In this document: positions 24,435 through 37,287 of the stretch, in pieces | How the letters are laid out: every line of letters starts with the position of its first letter | Numbering within the stretch: position 1 is the stretch's first letter | From: Octopus bimaculoides | Lineage: Eukaryota | Length of the DNA stretch: 48,484 bases | Direction of reading: 5' to 3' | Assembly: GCF_001194135.2 (NCBI RefSeq) | Contig: NC_068992.1 | Coordinates: 45,167,974 to 45,216,457, forward strand | Notes under the pieces: generated by a model | The model's input: the letters and a program-made list of their open reading frames with translations, nothing else | What the model was told of the DNA's origin: nothing | Databases searched by the model: none | Program-made: the position numbers and the translations under genes

Positions 24435-27400
24435 ACAAAGTTTCTAAAAATATCATGAAAACATACTCAATACCATAAAACTGTTATCTAAAGAATGCTA
24501 GAACTCATCTAGACAAATGATGCCAACACTGCAACATACCATGTTCTGATAAGTATTTGTACTCTATTGATTACTGTGGAGAATGCAAGAAAGAAGGAGA
24601 GGTAGGAGAGAAAAGTGGAAGAAAGGCAGGAAGAACAGACAGAGAGAAGGATAGAGAGAGAGAGAGGGACAGAGTGAGAGTTGAGTAAGATAGCTATATC
24701 CAGTTTGGTTTCCAAATTTTCACTTGTTCTTCACATGTGTGTGAATTTATATTTAGACACACACACACACACACATTCATACCCTCACACAAATATACAG
24801 ACATGCTCATCTCCATGTCTGAACATGTGTGTCTGTATGTGTATATAGTCTCTCTTTGAATTATTCATGTCCATATCAAAATAAACATGCATGCACCAGT
24901 GATTTGAAGCTGTTTACTTCTTTTCAGTGTGAAAAACGTATCATGTTGTTGTGTAAAATGCTCCCCTCCCTGGGGCCTTCATCTGAAGTCACTAGCAACT
25001 TTGTAAAGCAATAAATACAAGCTATCTCCTCTGAAGAAATCATACAACAAAACATTGATATTCATGAAGACTACTTTCACAGAAATATGCTAATAGCACA
25101 AGTGTAGCAAGAGAATGGCTTTTAAACAATGTGCATGGAGCAGCTTCAATAAATATAGTACAGTAGGTCACACAGACAACACAAGTTCAATTCTAGTCTA
25201 GGGAACAAAAATAAAATTTCATCTCATTAATTGTATTAATTATTCTGAAATGATATTATTCTACATTCTTAAATCCACACTGGCCTTTCCCACCACCACA
25301 GTGTAATGATAACAGTCAGACTGTTTCTTCCAGGATGGCATTTCATCTGCTCATCCTTCATTACTTGTTATCATTATCAGACTGCCTCTCTCTCACCTAC
25401 ACCTCTCTAATACTATCTCTCTTCCATCACAATACAGGTGTAATGAACTGTGATATCAAATCTATCCATATTCAGTTGTGTCACCCTTCTTTACCACTAA
25501 CCATTGTTCTTCCCCCACATCACCCCACCACACCCACCCCAAGGAACTCTTAATTCACAGCTATCACTCTCACCATTACCAATTTCTGTTGCTACCCATA
25601 TCTTTCACTCTCTCCTACCATGATGTATCTTTATTTCTATCCATCTTCCTAATCATGTTTTTCTCTTCAGCCTCATTACCAATATACAGCTCTCACTGTC
25701 CCTCATTCTCTAGACCCTTCCCCATCCTCTTGCTTTCCCCCACCCCTCACTCACACACATAATGTCTATAATGTTTGCCTTAAATAAACAGCAATTATGT
25801 AGATGAGAGATGACAATTATGTCAAGCAGAGGACAAGGCAACCTCTCTGATGTTGGTTCCACAATACACTCTGTAAATTAATTGCAGATTGAGAGAGACA
25901 GAGGAAGGTAGACAGAGGAGCATATGGTGACCTCTCTAGCGTTGGTTCCATGTCAAATTACATCCATTTGACTCTGTAAAGTGGTCAATGATAGGAAGGG
26001 CATCCAGCTATAGAAACTAAGCCAAAAGTGGAATGTACAAATGAAATGTGGTCTTCCAACTCATGTAAGACTGCAATAACTACTTAATATGACAAAGGTG
26101 ATAAAAAGGGTCAGATCAACAACAAAGACAATAAAGACACATTAATAAATAGAAAACAATAAATAGTAATAACAATACAGGATTCCTAACATATGGAGTA
26201 GTCAGAGTATCTCACACACAACCCTGGATTACTATAACACACTGAAAGCTTTCAGCTAAGCCCATTTCATCACCCTCACATACTTCACATAAAATTTACC
26301 TTCCTCCTCAAGTGGTACTTAATAAAGTTAATGAGAGCTTATATTGAGAAGAGCTATGTCCTCAAACCTTTCTACAATATCTATCAGATGAAATCTTTTA
26401 CTGTTGCATCAGGCAGAAGATTACTCTTCCTTTCTTGCCAAATGAAGATGATGAGTGGCTCATTATAATAAACTTGGTTGGCAGTTGGATTTGTTCCAAA
26501 TATGATAACAGCAGTTTGATATAAACCCACAGATCAGCAACACAAGGACAGTAAAAGAGCGTGTGCCAGACTGTTTTGTTAACCTGTGTGGACAGGTGGT
26601 TGCTTGTGGTCCCAACATGACCATGTTATTAGATGTTATCTCATATAAGCAAAGCCCTGTTGAATGCCAGGTTAAGGGATCTTAGAAATTGTCCATGCTA
26701 CCTGGCATAGAGTATTTCAGAAGAGATTACTTAGATTATCCTCATCAACACCCAAACTCACTCCGCTGCTATCATCAGTGATACTCCCCACTAACCTTGT
26801 ACATAATGTGTGGGTTGAGTTCCCATTGACCACAGCCCAGCTGGTAGAGAGCAATGAACACCTGGCAATATTTTAGATGTTGACCACCCCAAAAGATTGG
26901 CTGTGAAAGACGTGTTGTACATACAGCTACCACACCTATACATTATCATCAACATCATCCACAGTGTAATGATAAAAGACAGGTCGCAAATAGCAACCAA
27001 GGCTATCCACCATTGTTGTCCTTACCATAAAATAACTTAACAGTGAAAGTGAAAACTTAGGCCAAATTAATTGATGTTTCCATATTTAAATGTTACAAGA
27101 AATAGTATGAGAAACTGGACAAATATTCTTAACAGCTTATTAATATAACTATTTAGTTAATTATTTTTAATGGATCCTGCATCTCGCAAGAACAAAGTGT
27201 AAAAACCACTTCAAGATAATTCAATGACTCATCTGTTGAAATATAATTCTATTAAAGTTTAAAACTGTAACTTAAGTCACTGAAGTATTGCTTGAAGAAG
27301 TGAGAAGGAAAAACGACTTAATGAATGAAATTTCTGAAGACACTAGAGAATAAAGATAACAGTTCCTCAGAGAAATGAAAGAACATATTAGCTAAGGAAT

Positions 27401-27774
27401 TAGGAAAATAAGGAAGAATATGCTGGCCAAAGAATTGAAGGAATCAGCCATTTGCTTGTTTCTTAATTACTAAATCTGATTAGCAGACATAAATAAATAC
27501 AAATTTTGTTATTTTTATGAAATTTTTTATTTTCTAAGTTTTGTTTTTCCTTTTTGTTTTTTTAATTTCTAATTCCTCAACTCTGTTCAATGTTCACATT
27601 GAATTTTTTTCCAAACAATGACAGATGTGAAAATGTTTTATTAATAATTAGTGCAGCTCCTAAGGAAAGACATTGAACTCAAATGACTTGCTTGCTAAAA
27701 GGTATTTTGGTACAGTGAACCAATGATTGCACTGGAAATGTATTTGATACTCACTTGTGTCAGAGAGATATTAA

Positions 27775-28050
27775 TAGTAATTTAGTGATAACAGGTGATA
27801 ACCACACACACAGAGACAAGTAGTTATTCATAGTAAATTAGTTGAATACAGTTGAACACTATAGAAAAATAAGTTGTTCGTAGCAAATTAGTTAATTATA
27901 GGCAAGAAGTATATAGAAACAAGGAGTAAGAGTAAATTAGTCATTATAGGTGAGGACTACTACATGGAAATGAAGAGTTAGAGTAAAATTACTTGATTTA
28001 CAGGTGCAGAGTATATAGGAACAAGTTGATTACAGGTGATGAGCAATACA
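27775..28050. repeat. Degenerate ~55-bp minisatellite (AGTAAATTAGTT...ACAGGTG...TATAG.AA)
   Basis: About 5 diverged units starting AGTAA(A)TTAG. Confidence 0.55.
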
Positions 28051-28200
28051 ATACAAGTTGGAAAACAGATTTTTATCTCTCTTAGGAATGTGTAAAATTC
28101 CTAATTTTAAAATTCCAAATTCTGTCACTACTGATTAGAAATTGGTTTAAAAATGCACATTTTTAATGAAATGAATGGGAGATGTATATGTATATATATA

Positions 28201-29298
28201 GGAAAATGAAGAATAAGGCAGAATGCTAAACTGGAAGCATATTTTAATAAAGATTTCTAACCGGCTTTCATTGCGAAGCAAATTTTCAAGAAGGAGAATG
28301 AAAATGTTTTTTACAAAGAAGTACAAAATGAAGAAAATAATATATAAAAAAATAATATATAAAAAAATAAATATACCAATACATTATATTGTCTTTGAGC
28401 TTTTGAAGCTCAATGGTAGTTCATGTATATAATGGTTGGAAAAATAAGGATGCATGAGAATTGAGAGTTGTGTTAGGTTTTAAAAAGAGTTAAAAGTTTG
28501 TGTTAAGCAGGAAGTGTGGTGTCAAAACAGGAAGTGTGTGTAAGGGGAGACAAATGTTTTTAGTTGGAGTTATGAACTCTTTTTCAACAGGAAGTTTATG
28601 TCTGTTCCTAGAGAAATAAGATCACTGAGGGGTATGTGTGTTAAGAAATGGTTGGAATTTCTCTATGAAAAGATTCTCCTTGTTGATTCTTTCTTGTGTG
28701 GTGATTCTGCCTTTACATTGATAGAAAGGGAATATAAGGCATTTAGTTTTTGTTTCTGGCGCAAGAGTCTATATGGCCACTGAATGGAATTTGGCGGTAT
28801 TGAGGGAGAATTATTTGTTCTTTATGGACTGCTACTCTTCTACGCAACGGGAGGCTTGTCTGTCCGATATAGAAATTTTGGCAACCTGCGCATATGAGGA
28901 CAAAAATGAGGTTACCAGAAGAACAAGTTAAATTGGTTTTGATTTTAAACTTTGTTCCTCATTTGAACATAAATTCAGAGCCTTCAAGTAGGTAGGGGCA
29001 GGTACCACAATTAGGGCGTGCACATTTTTTAACTGATGGGGGTGGAAGTGTTGCCTTTTGCATTTAAGGACTTCGTGTGTATTGATGATATTGTTCATTT
29101 TCGGGTCTGTGGTGAGTAAGGGGAGGTTTTGTTTGATTGTGGTGTATGCTTCGATGTTTTGGGGGTTGTGGGTGGAGATGTATGGAAGTATTTTGGGGTT
29201 GGGTGTTGAAAAAGAGTTCACAACTCCAACTAAAAACATTTGTCTCCCCTTACACACACTTCCTGTGTTGACACCATACTTCCTGCTTAACACAAACT
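28201..29298 (-). mobile_element. 5'-truncated Penelope-like retroelement (Neptune-type linker plus GIY-YIG endonuclease) with inverted pseudo-LTR
   Basis: Minus frames, with frameshifts and stops, read ILPYISTHNPQNIEAYTTIKQNLPLLTTDPKM..., KKCARPNCGTCPYL (CxxxxCxxC linker), TCSSGNLIFVLICAGCQNFYIGQTSLPLRRRVAVHKEQI...HIDSC and FYQC..TQERINKENLFIEKFQPFLN. 28495-28589 recurs inverted at 29204-29298 (95 bp, 3 mismatches). The element ends at a (TA)n run. Confidence 0.88.
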
Positions 29299-30133
29299 CT
29301 TGTGTAGTTTGTAACATATCATCCTATGGTAAACTTTGTCAAAGGCCTTGGTAAAGTTGAGATACATCACATCCACATTTAAACGGTTGAACTGCTGACA
29401 GCATGCCCATTGCTAAGGGGGTGCACTAGGCGGCACTGTCCCCTCACTATTCAATGGTACACCCTCAGATTTACTGTAATACACTTATTTCAAAACTCCA
29501 CTTCAGCATTATTACAAATTAGTGCCCACCCAGAATATTCTGAAGAATTTCCAAGCACCAAAGTCTGGCAATAGCCTCGCTGACTGACTGAGAAAGACCC
29601 AGTTGGCGAGAATTTTTTGAAGGGTTGGAGTGGACAACTTATCAGTCATAGAACAAACGAGATTATGGAATGTGCACACCTTATACAAAAGTGTTAATTT
29701 GCAGTAAAAACAGCTGATAGCGTAGAATAAATAGATGAAAAAAAAAAAAAATAGACGTAGTTTAGGCAACCAATGAAATTATGCATGTATATAAAATATA
29801 TAAAACGATTAACACAACAATAGCAGCAAAACAGATTAATTAAACAGGTGGGGAGTGGATTAAACACATCTCAACCCTGTGGGATTAGAAATAATATTTT
29901 ACATACAAAATCTAACGATATTATCACGTTTGCTTACATGTGATGAGTAAGCTTTCTTATTAAACGTTAATTATGTAGTTGGTAGGTAATAAGTTCAAGT
30001 TAATTACTTAGTTTAATTAGAGTTTACCAGTGCTCTAACTGATGTGAATTATTAATAATAAACAAATCTTTGAAATTCACCTTAACACGTAAAATTAATA
30101 TGACTTTCGCCAGTGTGTGTGTGTGTATGTATA

Positions 30134-30560
30134 TAGGTAATCTTCCAGTTTCGAGAGGTAAAAGAAATAAATAAAAATATTCAAGGGAAATGACTGAACG
30201 ACTTACCAGTATTATCCGTACTACTTTTTCTCTAAAACAGCATGCGACGGAATTTTTTTTTTTTTTGATAAAAGTTTAAAATGTTTTTTTTCTTTTTACA
30301 AACAGCATGCGACGGAATTTTTTTTTTTTTAAGGTTAGGGTTAGATGTTGTGCAGCCGGTCTTCCACAAGGCATTTTCGATTTCTCATAAGAAACAATGA
30401 TATTCAATCACGTGTGTGATTTATATATAAACAGTTGACGTCAATCAAATCACGTGACTTATTTATAAACAAAGTAGTACGGATAAAACTGGTAAGACGT
30501 TCAGTTATTTCCCTTGTATTTTATTTACTTTTTAACCGCTCGAAACTGGAAGATTACCCA
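30134..30560. mobile_element. ~430-bp MITE-like element with ~95-bp imperfect TIRs, TA-flanked, in a microsatellite context
   Basis: Left arm GGTAATCTTCCAGTTTCGAG...TTATCCGTACTACTTT (30136-30227) is matched in inverted orientation by 30471-30559. TA lies at 30132-33 and 30561-62. An internal direct repeat AACAGCATGCGACGGAAT(T)n occurs twice. Confidence 0.75.
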
Positions 30561-30591
30561 TACATACATATATATATATATATATACACAC

Positions 30592-30678
<87 letters not shown>

Positions 30679-32502
30679 TGAATTAATCTTGTTTGTGTGG
30701 GGTGGGGATATCCGTAGTAGGTTGTTTAAAGTTGGTCTCCAAAAGGACAGATGTTTTGACAATAATCACCTCTTAACATTCCGTGAATTTTTTCTATGAA
30801 CAAGTTGATGCTTCCGCACACCACAAGTAGATCCAAAGAACGTAGTAAAGTTGTCCAGATAGGAACCACATACAAACAACATACTGGAATCGCTAGAATG
30901 TCAACAAAAATTCTAAGGTGTGATGTTTAATGTCTATAAAATAAAGTATAAAATGGTAATTAACTCGGTTTCATTAATATTAGTAGTCACTTACGTCAAA
31001 TGATATATTTGTAAATCGTGTGAAAAATGTAGCATATTGTTTCAATGTGTTGGTGCCTTCTGTTTTGTACCGGAAGATATACTTTATGTATATACGTATA
31101 CATTCGACAAGAGGGAGAGAGAAAGTGGGGAGAGACAGACCGGTAGATAGATAAATAGGTAGATAGAAAGATAGATAAACGACTGCATGAGTACATCAAC
31201 CCAGCTGATGCCAAGTGCACTGCAGAAAGTATGACATGGCAATAAAAACAAACGTGGCCTTATCGCTGATACCAAGCCACCTCATTCATTTCCCATGGAC
31301 ACTTTTAGATAGCAATTTAAATATATCATATGTGTGTGTGTGTTTGCGAATGTGTAACGAAAAGGGAAAACCTTGATCAACATAATTTAACATACTTACA
31401 AGTCAGTTTTGTTGCTGTTGTATTTACTATATATACGTCAGTGGGTGCTGGTAGTGAAAAAAAAAATACAACTGTTTGTCCAGCCATCACCAGCGCAACT
31501 GTCAACCACTTGACACAGACACAAAGCGATGTTGACAGTCCACCTGCCTCAACCAATTAAATTTCCTTAATCACACACACACACACACACACCGAAAGGC
31601 CTTCAGCAAATTTCCTGACTTCTTTTCATTTTCCTAACCATGTAGAAAGTTTAGGGAAATAAAATGTACAGATTCCTGCACAAAACACCTGCGTAATATC
31701 AGAGGCATGGTAACGACACAGGTAAGTGCTGACAATGGTGTATGGTTATAATAAGACTGGGCACTAACAGTTTTGGAGTATGTTGACAAGGATGCTAACA
31801 TCAGTACAACAGTGGTGAATGGTATTAATAATAAATGTTGGGTTCTGACAGTAATAAGGGTGGTGTTGGCAGTAGTACTGTATGGTGATAAGGGTAGGTG
31901 CCTGGACCGAAGCATTTAAAAGATTGTGGTGCCCTCATATCTATGTAATTCAAAATATAAACGACTTATTTTTTTAAATCGCAAAGTCATTAATCAGACC
32001 CTTAAAATTAATCTTACGTAACACATCAGCTTCTAATTTAGTAAAGATAAGGCAACCCGAATATCATTTTAGCAAACTTAAAGTGATTTCTGTTGTACTG
32101 TAAACCATTTATCATTTCTGTTCCCCACACCCTTGATGTCCTAAGCACCTGCTTATTTTGCTTAATGGTTAATCTAGCGTTGGTAGGTGCTGACAGTTGT
32201 GGTGAATGTAATAAGAGTGGACACTGATTGAAGTGTATGATATTAAGGTTGGATGCCCACGAATGTGGAGTATGATAATAATAAGGGTGGCAAGAGAGGA
32301 GAATAGTGTACCAGTGAAACAAGTAATCTATTATACAATAGGCATAAGGCCAATAAAAACAGTTTTTGAGAAAGATAATAGACATAGTTTATGGAATCAA
32401 CGCACAGTATATTACTGGTACAGTCTTGAAAGTCAACGGTGACTTGAGTATCATTTGAACCCATATTGGAAAGTATGATTTCCTGTCACCAACAATTGAT
32501 CT

Positions 32503-32503
<1 letters not shown>

Positions 32504-32536
<33 letters not shown>

Positions 32537-32542
32537 TAATAA

Positions 32543-32606
<64 letters not shown>

Positions 32607-32800
32607 CCTTTCTACTATAGGCACAAGGCCTGAAATTTTGGGTATGGGGACTAGTCGATTATATCGACCCTAGTGTTTCACTGATACTTAATTTATCGAC
32701 CCTGAAAATATGAAAGGCAAAATCAACCTCGGCGGAATTTGAACTCAGAACAAGAAGATAGATGAAACGCTGCCAAGCATTTGGACCGGCGTGCAAACGA
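32504..32800 (-). mobile_element. tRNA-derived SINE, family B, with long (TTA)n tail
   Basis: Core GACCC..AA.ATGAAAGGCAAA.TCAACCTCGGCGGAATTTGAACTC (B-box GAGTTCAAATTCC on the minus strand); (AAT)n at 32504-32606. Confidence 0.8.
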
Positions 32801-33769
32801 TTTTGTCTGATCGGGGGAATAGGTGACAGCAGGACTTACTTTCAGACTCATGAAACGATCTATGACAAAGTTCACGTCAACAGGATTTGAACGCAGAACG
32901 TAAGGTAAAAGAACTAAAAGGAACAAAATATTTGCCTGGCGCTTCATCGAGTCACCTATCCAGTTGTATTATCTTTATAATGAATATTGATTTCATTATT
33001 TTGTCACAAGAGTGACATGAACATACAACATTACAACACAATCGATAAACAATAATATTCTGATGTAACATGAAACAGCAACAAATTCGAAAATAGCCTG
33101 GGAGCAGGTGTACACACACACTATAAACAATACACACATACTTACCTGGACTATCACGGTGAAATGACTATTAACAGGTGTGTATATGTGTATACGCATA
33201 TTATATATATAATACGTATATTTTATATACTTACCTAGAATATCACGGTAAAAGTATTCCAAGTCAGTTGAAAACGGATTATTTATTATAACAATAATTA
33301 GTCTGTTGTGGCTGGAAGAAATTTAACAAGATTCATAATCTTCATTAGTAACAGGAAGTAATCTGAAATTGACGGTATAGTTTTGAAACTGGAAACTAAT
33401 TATGTGTCGCCTAAGCTCTATATACCAGGTGTATTGGTGTAATTTAAAGTAACATCATCAACAAACACTGATCGTATTTACGTCCTGTCTCTACTTAGAA
33501 CAAGTTCAGTCAAGTAAGGTATTTCAAATATGTTGTCAAAGAGACAACAGTGAACAAGTAGAGTTATGGTTCTTGTTGCACTCAATTGCTGGCTTAAAGT
33601 CGTTTTCCAACCACCTGTTTTACTTTACACACACCTACGTGTGTAAGTACATTTATGTTTATATTTATATGTATGTGAATAGATAGATAAATGTTAGTCA
33701 TCAACACTGAACGTTTTTAAAACGGATGATATATAAACTTGTGACAATACTAATATGAAGCAGATTATA

Positions 33770-34600
33770 CGAGGTCCGTACCCAAAGTGATACAAAAGTT
33801 GTCATTACATATTTATCTACGGATATAGGTCGTTCAAATTTCCAATGTCAGTAGAATAACTCTGCCTCTATACAGGTATTGCTCAACATAGTCTCCAGCT
33901 TAAGTAATAGATTTGCATAAACGTTGAATATTAACTTTCGAATCCTCTTTGAAAAAATTCAGGTGTGCTCTTTTGTACTCACTTCTTCATCACTTTCACC
34001 TTGTCTGCGGGATCAAATCTTTGTCCCCGAACAATGTCCTTTATTGGACTGAGCAGAGGAAAACCGGAGAGTACCAGGTCTTGACTGCACAGTGGATTGG
34101 CGTACCACTGGTCAGCCCTATTTGCAGAGTGATTTATTGCCAAAACCGTATGGTCTGGCATTTTTATGATGAATGTCGGTTGTTTTCAGAGTCTTATTAA
34201 TTCTCTTACTTTCAGTATCTTCTCTAAGCTATCTGAGTGTCTCAATATACTACTTGCAGTTCACAGTGCCGCCACATTCCAGAAAATCATAGAGAATGAC
34301 ACATGTCATCCCAAGAAACAGTCACATGACTTTCTGTACTGATTAATGCTAGCTGATTAATGATTAATGCTTCTTAGGCCTTGGAGAAGAGATGACATGT
34401 GTCATTCTCTATGATTTTCTGGAATGTGGCGGCACTGTTAACTGCAAGTAGTATATTGAGACACTCCCATAGATTGAACCTTCGATTCCAGATCCAAATA
34501 ATATTTCCTGTCACCAGATCAAAAGAAAACTCGTCTTGAGACTCGTGTAAGGCATAGTCAATAAACCTTGTGGTAATGACTGAGGTTAGGGTTTATTATT
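33770..34600 (-). mobile_element. Mariner remnant (C-terminal half plus TIR) interrupted by a MITE
   Basis: Minus frames: LREDTESKR...DIHHKNARPY (~LHHDNARPH), PLCSQDLVLSGFPLLSPIKDIVRGQRF..DKVK (~PPYSPDLAPSDFHLFGPLKDALRGRRF), EFFQRG, GDYVEQ. Terminus TA|CGAGGTCCGTACCCAAAG at 33768-33787. Confidence 0.8.
34232..34469. mobile_element. 238-bp MITE with near-perfect long TIRs and TA target duplication
   Basis: 34235-34310 is the reverse complement of 34391-34466 (76 bp, 1 mismatch). TA flanks both ends (34230-31 and 34470-71). Confidence 0.85.
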
Positions 34601-34999
34601 TTAATATATTATACATATTTGAATGTTTACATTTGGATAATGCATGTAGTAAATGTTGATAACAAAGGAATAATTATTATCGTAGAGTGAAACGTGTACA
34701 AAATAAATGTCTATCAATAATGAGGAAAATTAGACAAACTTACATGTATCTAAATTGGGGGAAATTATTCTATATATGCTACATCAAAATTAACATCTAC
34801 CCAAGAAAGGAAGGATGCCAAATAAGAAGCTTTCTGTAACTGCCAGTGACTACTCAGACAGTCAGCCCAAGTAGTAGCTTATTTCTGCTTACAGAAGGTG
34901 GTTCTATAGGCAATTTGTCACTAATTAGCTAAAATAACATGTGACAGTAGTGAGTCTACCTTTTTGTATGCATGAGGTCACTGCATATGCAATAATGAA

Positions 35000-35180
35000 G
35001 CCAGTAACTTCAAGGAAGCGGATAAGTCAATTACATGAACTCCACTACTCAACTGGTCCTTATTTTATTGACCCCAAAAGGATGAAAGGTAAAGTCAGCT
35101 TGAGTAGAATTTGACCTCAGAACATAGGAACGGACAAAATGCCACAAGTGTGTTTACAATTCTACCAGCTCACCACTTTA
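35000..35180 (-). mobile_element. Family B SINE, degraded
   Basis: TTATTGACCCCAAAAGGATGAAAGGTAAAGTCAGCTTGAGTAGAATTTGACCTCAGAAC core. Confidence 0.7.
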
Positions 35181-35348
35181 AATAATCGTGCTATTAAGGA
35201 ACAGAAGTATTCAATAATGAAAATTTATTACACATTTAATGTATTGGTTCTGATGGTCTGCAAGTTTTTCTCCTAATGCTAAGGAAATGCATCAACATTA
35301 TGACATACTACCATATCCCTCTGGAAATTGGAAATAATCATATATGTA

Positions 35349-35387
<39 letters not shown>

Positions 35388-37224
35388 NNNNNNNNNNNNN
35401 NNNNNNNNNNNNNNNNNNNNNNNNNNNNNNNNNNNNNNNNNNNNNNNNNNNNNNNNNNNNNNNNNNNNNNNNNNNNNNNNNNNNNNNNNNNNNNNNNNNN
35501 NNNNNNNNNNNNNNNNNNNNNNNNNNNNNNNNNNNNNNNNNNNNNNNNNNNNNNNNNNNNNNNNNNNNNNNNNNNNNNNNNNNNNNNNNNNNNNNNNNNN
35601 NNNNNNNNNNNNNNNNNNNNNNNNNNNNNNNNNNNNNNNNNNNNNNNNNNNNNNNNNNNNNNNNNNNNNNNNNNNNNNNNNNNNNNNNNNNNNNNNNNNN
35701 NNNNNNNNNNNNNNNNNNNNNNNNNNNNNNNNNNNNNNNNNNNNNNNNNNNNNNNNNNNNNNNNNNNNNNNNNNNNNNNNNNNNNNNNNNNNNNNNNNNN
35801 NNNNNNNNNNNNNNNNNNNNNNNNNNNNNNNNNNNNNNNNNNNNNNNNNNNNNNNNNNNNNNNNNNNNNNNNNNNNNNNNNNNNNNNNTATACATACATA
35901 TGTATATATATATGTACATATATACACACATATTATTTTTAAGAATGTATCTGAAGCAGGTGTTTGTATTGATAATAAAATACAAGACCATAATTCAGGA
36001 TTCGTTATGATATTAACGAGTATTGACAAGGAATTGTATAAAAATAATTTTCATCTAATTTACAAACTAATTTATGTTAAAGTGTTGATAACTTCTCCTA
36101 AACCAAGACTAGCAAGTTAATAAAAGAATGACAATTTAATATTGTATCTTATTTCAGTTAAAAACCTGTAAGCAAAATTTCTTCATATTTTAACATTTTT
36201 TCAATGTTTTACATTTTTTTGTTATCTTCATCCCCCACCTTAGACAATAGAAATATAAAGTGTGTGTATATGTGTCTATGCATATGTATATGTACATGTG
36301 TGTGTCACCTCTACTTGTGACAAGGAAATAATATATGAAACATTAATTGTTAACTTAACTTCCCAACCTATAAAAGTTATTGTAATATCTTAGTTCTTTT
36401 TCTCTCTCTCTTTCTCTTAATGAGGCCAAATTATTCCAAGAACGTATTTAACTTCCTGCACTAATGTTCAATCAAAGTTAATGTCTTAGTATAAATGTAA
36501 GTTCCAAGGTGGGGAAATACAATTGATTTTTATTGAAACTGGCTGGTGTCATAAAAACTATGATTAATTTTTAAAAGGCTATTTGTTAGTAATTTTCCAT
36601 AATATTATTGTGCTATGGTTTATGAATCCGTTACACTTATCATATTTATATTATTGGACTGATAAATGCACTTAAACTAAGTGTAATACACACATACACA
36701 TGCACACTATACATACACACACTCACATATATCAATTGAAGTGTATAGCATTATATGTCCATTATAGATGATCTTGCCAATCAGTTTTGCCCTGGGGCTT
36801 TAAGTGGATGTTAGATAACAGCCTAATTATGTAACCCTCCACTCATTAGAGTTGACATTTACGGAAGGTGAAAAAAGGCTTTTGTTCCATAACTACTAAC
36901 TCTGATGAGTGCAGGATTATATAATTGGGCAGTTATCTAATATCTGGTTAAAAACCCCACTTCAAAACTGCTTAGTAAGATTAGCCATAATGGATATATA
37001 ATGTTGTACAGTTCAATTAATATACCCACTCTATTGATAAATATATAAGTGCATATTTTTTCTGGCTTATGGATTCTTATATGGATATATANNNNNNNNN
37101 NNNNNNNNNNNNNNNNNNNNNNNNNNNNNNNNNNNNNNNNNNNNNNNNNNNNNNNNNNNNNNNNNNNNNNNNNNNNNNNNNNNNNNNNNNNNNNNNNNNN
37201 NNNNNNNNNNNNNNNNNNNNNNNN

Positions 37225-37287
<63 letters not shown>

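Noticed and set aside
27775-28050. Regularly spaced repeats resembling a CRISPR array (also 3259-3580)
   Set aside because: Units are degenerate throughout, with no invariant repeat and unique spacers, no cas genes, and a eukaryotic context.
33138-33149. ATACTTACCTGG, identical to the 5' end of U1 snRNA
   Set aside because: The following sequence does not continue as U1 (no CAGGGGAGATACC, no Sm site); it is simply the complement of a consensus donor.
33979-34161. ORF MPDHTVLAIN...KVMKK with an apparent GTGAGT donor, read as a host first exon
   Set aside because: It aligns by eye to the mariner PPYSPDLAPSDF...LRGRRF region, with flanking mariner motifs and a TIR.
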